In this document: positions 57,587 to 64,000 of the stretch, one piece after another | How the letters are laid out: the number at the start of each line of letters is the position of its first letter | How positions within the stretch are numbered: position 1 is the stretch's first letter | Source: Dehalococcoidia bacterium | GTDB taxonomy: Bacteria > Chloroflexota > Dehalococcoidia > Plut-88900 | Assembly: GCA_965207225.1 (NCBI GenBank) | Contig: CBDBLV010000004.1 | Location: 512,001-576,000, forward strand | DNA length: 64,000 nt | Reading direction: 5' to 3' | Notes under the pieces: model-generated | Told to the model about the DNA's origin: nothing | The model's input: only the letters and a program-made list of their open reading frames with translations | The model's database searches: none | Position numbers and translations under genes: made by a program

Positions 57587-58222
57587 GTGGAGATGAACGA
57601 AAGCCGCCGTCGACTCGCTGCAGCCTACGCCTTGGAGAGCGAGAGTCAGCTCCTGGAGCAATATGATTCCTGGGCCGACGTCTACGACGCCGATCTCGCA
57701 TCCTACGGATACCGCATGCCCCCGGTTGTTACCGGTCTGATAGTGAGACACATACCCGACACAAGCAGCCCAATATTGGATGCAGGGTCCGGTACAGGCA
57801 TTCTCGGGGAGGGTCTGCATGTCCTCGGCTACTCCAATGTCACCGCCCTGGACATATCCGAAGGCATGCTAAGGGTGGCCGCAAACAAGGGTATCTACCG
57901 CGCCACCCGGCAAATGGCCCTCGGCGAACACTTGGACTTCTCCGACGATTACTTTGCCTGTATCGCCGCAATGGGCGTTCTCACCGTCGGCCACGCGCCG
58001 CCCTCGTCCCTGGATGAGTTCGTGAGGGTTACCAGGCCCGGAGGCGTCATCATCTTCAGCATGCTCCACCAGGAACCGGTCGAGTCCGACTTTAGACGCA
58101 AACAGGACGACCTTGAGCACCGAGGCCTATGGCGGCTCGCCGAAGATACTTCTTACTTCCAAAGCCTCCCCTACGGCGAACCCGACGTCTCCCACAAAGT
58201 CTACGTCTACCGAGTCCTCTAG
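57587..58222 (+). CDS. Class I SAM-dependent methyltransferase
   Basis: YDSWADVYD, ILDAGSGTG, LDISEGML, RPGG. Confidence 0.88.
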   Translation: MEMNESRRRLAAAYALESESQLLEQYDSWADVYDADLASYGYRMPPVVTGLIVRHIPDTSSPILDAGSGTGILGEGLHVLGYSNVTALDISEGMLRVAANKGIYRATRQMALGEHLDFSDDYFACIAAMGVLTVGHAPPSSLDEFVRVTRPGGVIIFSMLHQEPVESDFRRKQDDLEHRGLWRLAEDTSYFQSLPYGEPDVSHKVYVYRVL

Positions 58223-58231
58223 GAGGGGCCT

Positions 58232-59224
58232 TCACCCCCCAAACACCGCATTCGCAAACCTCTCGATAATCTCCTCAAATGTTGGGTAAGGGCCCCCCGC
58301 CCCGGGCAGTGTAATCACAACCTCGCTGATCTCCGGCATCTCAGCTAGCGCAGCAACTTTCTCTCTGACCTCTCCGGCATCTCCTGCAACCGCAAACCTA
58401 TCTATGAATGAGCCGAGCCCTGGCACAGGAGGCATTTCTGCTCCTCCAAGGCTCGCAAAGTTGTAGTCCCTCCTGAACACTTCTATCGCCCGTTTGTCCT
58501 CCTCGCTGAACCGACTCTTGTCCACCATGTTCAGCATAGTCAGCACCCGACCCTGCACATGCGAACGCGCCACCGCCCCGTCCTTCGCCACCGACGTTAT
58601 CACCCACGCCGCTCTCTTCACCACACCCGACTCCCTCCCTGCCTCCGACTCCCCCTCGCTCACTAGATCCATACCGTCCTTCACCTGTGACGGCACCGCT
58701 CCGTAGTGAAGCAAAACGCCATCCGCCACCCGCCCCGCCGACTTCGTAATCCTCGGCCCGGACACCGCAAAATAAATCGGTATCCCTGTAGGCTTATCCA
58801 AGTACGAGATGCCACTGCTGACCCCCCTCCCGAACTCCACCTCCCCACCCGACAGCAGACCCCTCACCTTCCCCGTGTACGCCTCCAGCGATGCAATGGT
58901 TGACCTCTTAGCCCCGATGCTATTCACCAGCGTGTTCCCGACACTCATCCCCAGTATCAACCTGCCCTGAGCAATGTCATTCAGCGAAGCGAACGCCCCC
59001 GCCGTCACGCTGGCATGTCTTGTCCGGGGTGCCGTGACCCCTGCCGCCAATTTGATCCGGGACGTAGCCAGGGCGCAGGCCGTAAGCGTTACGTAAAGCT
59101 CCCGACACGTTAGCTGTGAGTCGATCATCCACGCGCTTTCGTAGCCCAGGTCTTCAGCCAGCTTCACCTGTTCCACCACCCGGGGCACGGGCAAATTACT
59201 CACGATGCCAACGCCGTATTTCAT
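58232..59224 (-). CDS. LLM-class oxidoreductase, Mer-like (probably F420-dependent)
   Basis: AEDLGYESAWMIDSQ, GVTAPRTRH, GRLILG, PIYFAVSGPR, VADGV. Confidence 0.88.
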   Translation of the reverse strand: MKYGVGIVSNLPVPRVVEQVKLAEDLGYESAWMIDSQLTCRELYVTLTACALATSRIKLAAGVTAPRTRHASVTAGAFASLNDIAQGRLILGMSVGNTLVNSIGAKRSTIASLEAYTGKVRGLLSGGEVEFGRGVSSGISYLDKPTGIPIYFAVSGPRITKSAGRVADGVLLHYGAVPSQVKDGMDLVSEGESEAGRESGVVKRAAWVITSVAKDGAVARSHVQGRVLTMLNMVDKSRFSEEDKRAIEVFRRDYNFASLGGAEMPPVPGLGSFIDRFAVAGDAGEVREKVAALAEMPEISEVVITLPGAGGPYPTFEEIIERFANAVFGG

Positions 59225-59332
59225 ATCGCTTCGTCCTGATTCCAGAGTTCAACCAAATGGGCGCGTTGATGTAAGGTGATGATTATAGTGGGTCTATGCC
59301 TAAACGGCCGGGAGTTGGCGAACGGCCCGGAG

Positions 59333-60445
59333 CTACATGTCCCGGTAGATCGCCAGCCCTTCCGTAAGCCTGTCGGTCCGGTCCAGCCCGACGTAACGCG
59401 CATTACCCAGATACGTCCGCACGAAGTCCCCCAGCAGGTTCCCGACCCGCCTCATCCCCGTCCTCACCCCCTCCACCCCGTGGCCCATGATCACACCCAG
59501 CGACTCCGGCAGCACCGGGTCTTTCAGGTCCCTAACCATCTGGGTCTCCGCAATGTCCAGGACTCTATGGAACACCCTCTCTTTCTTTGGCTGCTCCGAC
59601 AGCGAGTACTTGACGTGGGCCAGGCTGTAGGTCAGGTGTCTGGCCTTATCCTGAAGGCATCGCGCGAATATCGCCTTCTCTGCAGGATTGTGCGCAAACA
59701 TCTCTCCGTATCTGTAAAGCGTCTGCGTGAACGACCCCCTGAGAACGTGCAGGAACAGGCATGTCGAGGTCCAGTCGTTGTTGCTTTGCAGTATCACCCT
59801 GTCCACTTCAGCCCGGCTCTCGAGTCCCAGGCCCCCGCCGTTGCTCAGCGCCCGCTTCCTGAACGCGTCGAAGTGTCGGGCCGCATCGAAAACTTCTGAG
59901 GCTAGGAACACCTTCACCTCGTGGAAGCCGTAGGACATCTGCTGTATCCAGCCTGCCACGGTCTCGTATTCCACGTTGGCCTGCTGGCACAGCTCCGTGC
60001 ACAGCTGGCACATGGCGCGCTCAACGTCGTCCGGCAGCGGTTCAATAGTGTCCCAGGGAATGTCGGTAGCCGGCACCCATCGTTTCTGAATGGTCTCCTC
60101 GTACAGGTCGGCGGCGTTGTCAGCCCACAGTTCCCGCTTGTGCCTCAGGTTGATGTTGGCGATGAATGGGCGCTCTGCACTGGGATAGGCCCCGCGCAAA
60201 GCCCGAGTCCGGTCTTCGTGGTATTCCGGGATCTCGCCGTAGATCCCTACGTTCAGAGACCCGATCGTCATGCCCTTCTTGCCGGGCTTTACCCTTACTC
60301 CCCACTCCAGGTTGTGCTCCATCCAGTCAAGCGACAGTTGGGGAGTCTCGGACTCTTCTTCCTCCACTATCTCCTGCAGGATACGCTGGTGCCTCTTAAC
60401 ACCAGCTTTCTGTTGACCCTCGGTTCTTTCTTCGGATTTGGGCAT
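59333..60445 (-). CDS. Ferritin-like fold protein with a degenerate di-iron site (putative beta subunit)
   Basis: Collinear with 60526..61620 (ATDIPW..PLPDD.ERA, FRKRALSNGGGL) but DAARH and DKARH replace DExRH. Confidence 0.78.
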   Translation of the reverse strand: MPKSEERTEGQQKAGVKRHQRILQEIVEEEESETPQLSLDWMEHNLEWGVRVKPGKKGMTIGSLNVGIYGEIPEYHEDRTRALRGAYPSAERPFIANINLRHKRELWADNAADLYEETIQKRWVPATDIPWDTIEPLPDDVERAMCQLCTELCQQANVEYETVAGWIQQMSYGFHEVKVFLASEVFDAARHFDAFRKRALSNGGGLGLESRAEVDRVILQSNNDWTSTCLFLHVLRGSFTQTLYRYGEMFAHNPAEKAIFARCLQDKARHLTYSLAHVKYSLSEQPKKERVFHRVLDIAETQMVRDLKDPVLPESLGVIMGHGVEGVRTGMRRVGNLLGDFVRTYLGNARYVGLDRTDRLTEGLAIYRDM

Positions 60446-60525
60446 GTTTAGACAACCTGTGGTCTAGTTTGTGTCGCAGGTGCGGAGCGCCTGGCGCCCG
60501 ATTAGGACACCCGCGCCCGACGCTA

Positions 60526-61620
60526 TCAGTTGCGGAGCAGCTTCAGGACCTCGGGGTGCGCCCGGCCGTTCGTGAATCGCTCCTCGAACCCCGCCGACTT
60601 CACCCTCTGCACCCATTCCCTCATCTGGCGCCTGTTGATTGCCATCAGCAGACGCCATCCTTCGTCGATCTTGTCCTTGCCACCGCCCAAGAGTACCGCC
60701 ATCGAAGCCGTGCTCGACCTGTCCGTCCCCGCAGACCCGACCGCTGAGCCCGAGAACAGGTACTCTTCTCCCTCGTCCAGGTAGGTCTGGATCTCCTCCC
60801 GGCGCTCCGGCTCGGTCTGTCCAATGTAGCGCATGTGCATGATGCCAAAAGCCACGTGTCGGGACTCGTCCTGTGCCGCCAACCGGTATATCCGTTTTTC
60901 GGCTTCATTCTTGGCCAGCAGCTCACCGGTCCGGAAGATGGTCAGCACGGGCGACTCGCCTATGACGTGCACCCGGGCGGACATCTCCGAAAAGTCCCGT
61001 GCCATGTCGATGCTTACCACCCCGCCACCCATAGTATCCTCGGAGGAGCGCATCAGTCCGCCGCCGTTGGATAGTGCCCGCTTGCGGAACACGTCCAGGT
61101 GTCGGGCCTCATCCATCATCTGGGTCATCAGGAACATCCGGGTTTCCAGGTAGTCGGGGCTGATGGTGGCGACCCACCGTCCCGGGATGTCCGCGGCAAC
61201 GAACTCAATGTCGCTGAGGAAAGTCGTAAACTGGCATGCCGCCCGCTCGATGTCATCGGGAAGGGGTTCGATTGTCTCCCATGGAATGTCGGTAGCCGAG
61301 CTCCACTGCCTTTGCAGGGCCTCTTCGTACAGGCCGCCGGCGTTCCTCAGCCAGACGTCTTGCTTGGAGTTGACGTAGTAGGCGCCGCTCCGGTAGTTCC
61401 ACTCCCGCGCCGCCGACCCCCGCTGCCGCCCCGACCTTATGGAGCTGCTTTCGGGGGCATCTCCGTAGGACTCCATCTGGATATCTTCAAGGGTCAGCCC
61501 GTGCTTGCCCGGTTCGGCCTTCATTCCCCACTGACCCTTGGAGTCCATCCAGTCCAATGTGGGTTCGTAATGCTCGTCGTAAGCTACGCCCGGACCCGCA
61601 GAGATGGTGGTGTTCGGCAT
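60526..61620 (-). CDS. Ferritin-like di-iron carboxylate protein (putative alpha subunit)
   Basis: E(DIEF)..DEARH..E(IGES)..DESRH complete ligand pattern. AGGGAG SD. Confidence 0.85.
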   Translation of the reverse strand: MPNTTISAGPGVAYDEHYEPTLDWMDSKGQWGMKAEPGKHGLTLEDIQMESYGDAPESSSIRSGRQRGSAAREWNYRSGAYYVNSKQDVWLRNAGGLYEEALQRQWSSATDIPWETIEPLPDDIERAACQFTTFLSDIEFVAADIPGRWVATISPDYLETRMFLMTQMMDEARHLDVFRKRALSNGGGLMRSSEDTMGGGVVSIDMARDFSEMSARVHVIGESPVLTIFRTGELLAKNEAEKRIYRLAAQDESRHVAFGIMHMRYIGQTEPERREEIQTYLDEGEEYLFSGSAVGSAGTDRSSTASMAVLLGGGKDKIDEGWRLLMAINRRQMREWVQRVKSAGFEERFTNGRAHPEVLKLLRN

Positions 61621-61803
61621 GTCTTTACTCCCTGAATTCCACTACCCTATCCGAGACCAATGTACCACGCTCAATATACTTGCTGGCCTGAACTCGTGTC
61701 AAACCCGACGTTAGGCTCGATAAGCCTTTCATCCCCTCATGGTACAATCCACCCCTCCATCCCCTCTCGCCAAACCTGTGGATATGAAAGAGGAACCCGT
61801 GGC

Positions 61804-64000
61804 ATGACAACTACCTCCCCAATTTCCCTCAACGTCAATGGTTCGACCCATACCATCGACGCCCCGCCCGACAGCACTCTCCTCGAAGTCCTTAGAAACG
61901 ACCTCGATCTTATAGGCGCAAAGCAGGCCTGCGACGTTGGCGAGTGCGGCAGCTGCATAGTCATGTTCGGCGGCAAGGGCGTCATGTCTTGCCTTCTGCC
62001 CGCTCGTCGGGCACAAAACAAGCCCATCGTCACCATTGAGGGCCTCGCTGAATGGCACGCTGAATCCACTGAGACCTCAGACCCCCAGCCCGACTCCCTT
62101 CATCCACTTCAGCAGGCCTTCATAGACCTTGGCGCTTCCCAGTGCGGCTACTGCATACCGGGCATAATCATGGAGGCTTCGGCCCTTCTCGCGAAGAATC
62201 CCAACCCTACCCGTGAGGACGTGGTCAAGCGGCTGTCCCGGAACATCTGCCGGTGCACGGGCTACGTAAAAGTTGTCGAGGCAGTCCTCGGGGCTGCAGA
62301 AGCCATCCGTGATGGTACCCTGACCGCTAGAGAATTGACCAATGGCGGCTCCACTGTCGGCGCCAGCATCACCCGGCTCGACGATAGAGACAAGGTTACC
62401 GGCGTCGCCCGCTACGCCGCCGACCTCAAGATGCCCGGCGTCCTGTACGCAAAGGTCCTCCGCAGCAAGGTCCACCATGCCAACATCATTTCCATCGATA
62501 CCAGTGCCGCCGAGGCAGTCCCGGGCGTCGAGGCCATCGTCACCGCCAGGGATATTCCGGGAAGCCCCGTAATGATCAATGCCAAGCCCCAGAGATTCCT
62601 GTTCCCCAGCGACAAAATCAGGTTCATGGGCGAGGCCCTTGGCGCGGTAGCCGCTGACTCCGAAGAAGCCGCCGAAGAAGCCCTGTCGAAGATAGTAGTC
62701 GAATACGAGGAGCTTCCCCCAATACTCGATTTCCGCAAGGCCGATGACCCCGATGCACCGCTCATCAATCCCCCCGAACCCAACACGATATTCTCCAGAA
62801 GAGTGATTTCGGGAGACGCCAGTGCGGCCATGGAAAAGGCCGACGTTGTGGTGCGAAACACCTTCTCCAGCCCAAGATGGGAACACTTCTACATGGAGCC
62901 CGAGGCTGGTCTCGGCTATATCGATGAAGATGGCCGTATCTTCCTCAACTTCCCATCCCACGAGCCCTTTGAAGGACACGCCTTCATCGCCAGCCTTCTC
63001 GGCATCGACGAGGACCGCATCAGGATAGTCTGCCCGACCATGGGCGGAAACTTCGGAGGTCGGGAGGACTACGTCACGGCCGGAGTTATGGCCGTCCTCG
63101 TGCACAAGACTCGCAAGCCCGTGAGGGTGGTGTTGAGCCGGGAGGAGTCGTTGTTCGGTTCTTCCAAGTGGTTTGGCTTCCAAGTGGACTGCACCACCGG
63201 CGCAACCAGGGACGGAAAACTCGTCGCTGTTGACACCCAGGTCCTGGTCGACGGCGGCAACTGGAGCCACGAGCCCGGCCAAGAGATCAACGACTGCGTG
63301 GGCCGAAACTCCTACTTCCTCACCGGCCCCTACCTCGTCCCCGACGTCAAAATCGAGGTGATGGAGGCCTGCACCAACAGCGCCCGGGCCATCCCCATAC
63401 GCGGCATTACCAGCATCAACTCCGCCCTGGTCCACGAGACTCAGATGGACCTCCTCGCCGAGAAGCTGGGCATGGACAAGCTGGACTTCAGGATCAAAAA
63501 CGCCTTGGTGGCAGGCGACACCCTCCACACCGGCATGCTCCTTGAAGAGAGCGTGGAGGTAAAGGCCACCCTGGAGCAGTCCAGGAGGCCCTACGCCGAA
63601 GCCCGTGCCCGCACAGAGTCCGACCCACCTCCCGCACCATGGAAGCGGGGCATTGGCATCGGCACCGGATGGAGGGCCGTGGGTGTTGGGGGAAGGTACT
63701 TCTCTGCGGCGGAGCTGTTGGAATCGGGCAAGGTAAAGGTGTATCTCGGTGCGGTTGAAAAGGGCCAGGGGAGCAAGACTGCCATGGCCCAGATTGCCGC
63801 CGGAGAACTCGGGCTGCCACTGGACGCCATCGAGGTAGTGATGGGCGACACCATCGCCGCACCCTACCATCACATAACCGCATCCCAGGGCACTATAACC
63901 ATGGTCGGCGGGGCGCTCCACCAGGCCACGATAGCACTAAAGAAGGCGCTGGTAGAGGCCGCTTCGGAGATTCTTGAGGACTCTGCTGACAACATCGAAT
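61804..64000 (+). CDS. Xanthine/aldehyde oxidoreductase family molybdoenzyme, fused 2x[2Fe-2S] + molybdopterin domains (3'-partial, missing from the ORF track)
   Basis: CDVGECGSC..SC, QCGYC, NICRCTGY, DKVTG, HFYMEP, MGGNFGGR, EKGQG, GDT. Frame is open to the window end. Confidence 0.92.
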   Translation, partial: MTTTSPISLNVNGSTHTIDAPPDSTLLEVLRNDLDLIGAKQACDVGECGSCIVMFGGKGVMSCLLPARRAQNKPIVTIEGLAEWHAESTETSDPQPDSLHPLQQAFIDLGASQCGYCIPGIIMEASALLAKNPNPTREDVVKRLSRNICRCTGYVKVVEAVLGAAEAIRDGTLTARELTNGGSTVGASITRLDDRDKVTGVARYAADLKMPGVLYAKVLRSKVHHANIISIDTSAAEAVPGVEAIVTARDIPGSPVMINAKPQRFLFPSDKIRFMGEALGAVAADSEEAAEEALSKIVVEYEELPPILDFRKADDPDAPLINPPEPNTIFSRRVISGDASAAMEKADVVVRNTFSSPRWEHFYMEPEAGLGYIDEDGRIFLNFPSHEPFEGHAFIASLLGIDEDRIRIVCPTMGGNFGGREDYVTAGVMAVLVHKTRKPVRVVLSREESLFGSSKWFGFQVDCTTGATRDGKLVAVDTQVLVDGGNWSHEPGQEINDCVGRNSYFLTGPYLVPDVKIEVMEACTNSARAIPIRGITSINSALVHETQMDLLAEKLGMDKLDFRIKNALVAGDTLHTGMLLEESVEVKATLEQSRRPYAEARARTESDPPPAPWKRGIGIGTGWRAVGVGGRYFSAAELLESGKVKVYLGAVEKGQGSKTAMAQIAAGELGLPLDAIEVVMGDTIAAPYHHITASQGTITMVGGALHQATIALKKALVEAASEILEDSADNIE

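Noticed and set aside
63624-63639. 15/16 match to the tRNA-Leu 3' end (CCCACCTcCCGCACCA) as a possible attR
   Set aside because: Lies inside an intact CDS, is short and C-rich, and no integrase is present.
62077-63921. 614-aa minus-strand ORF
   Set aside because: Shadow of the plus-strand molybdoenzyme, which the track misses because it has no stop in the window.

Overview
GC-rich bacterial chromosomal segment, probably from Chloroflexota (Dehalococcoidia/SAR202-like). This assignment is inferred from the stand-alone 16S gene and the expansion of LLM, Rieske, MFS, FAD-oxidoreductase and amidohydrolase paralogs. The window begins with the 3' end of a 16S rRNA gene that is followed by a terminator and hicBA rather than by 23S. 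About 60 mostly catabolic or cofactor genes follow, including moeA, pheA, hisHA, a TPP-riboswitch thiG-thiO-thiS-thiO operon, tRNA-Leu(TAG) and vapBC. No prophage, integrase, transposase or CRISPR array was seen. Most notable signals: (1) a tandem pair of ferritin-like paralogs, one with a full di-iron ligand set and one that has lost all four Glu ligands. This suggests an alpha/beta di-iron oxygenase, and it lies divergent from a motif-divergent [2Fe-2S]/molybdopterin enzyme. (2) An SdhA/SdhB/HdrB(SdhE)-like operon whose flavoprotein lacks the dicarboxylate catalytic His, Glu and Arg. (3) A DsbA/FrnE gene with an in-frame UGA in a UxxC motif (selenoprotein). (4) A KcsA-like channel with a TAGNS filter clustered with USP and two TrkA genes. 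(5) A 1.5-kb intergenic region with REP-like hairpins flanking a promoter and a possible large structured RNA. All calls come from manual motif reading; no searches were run.
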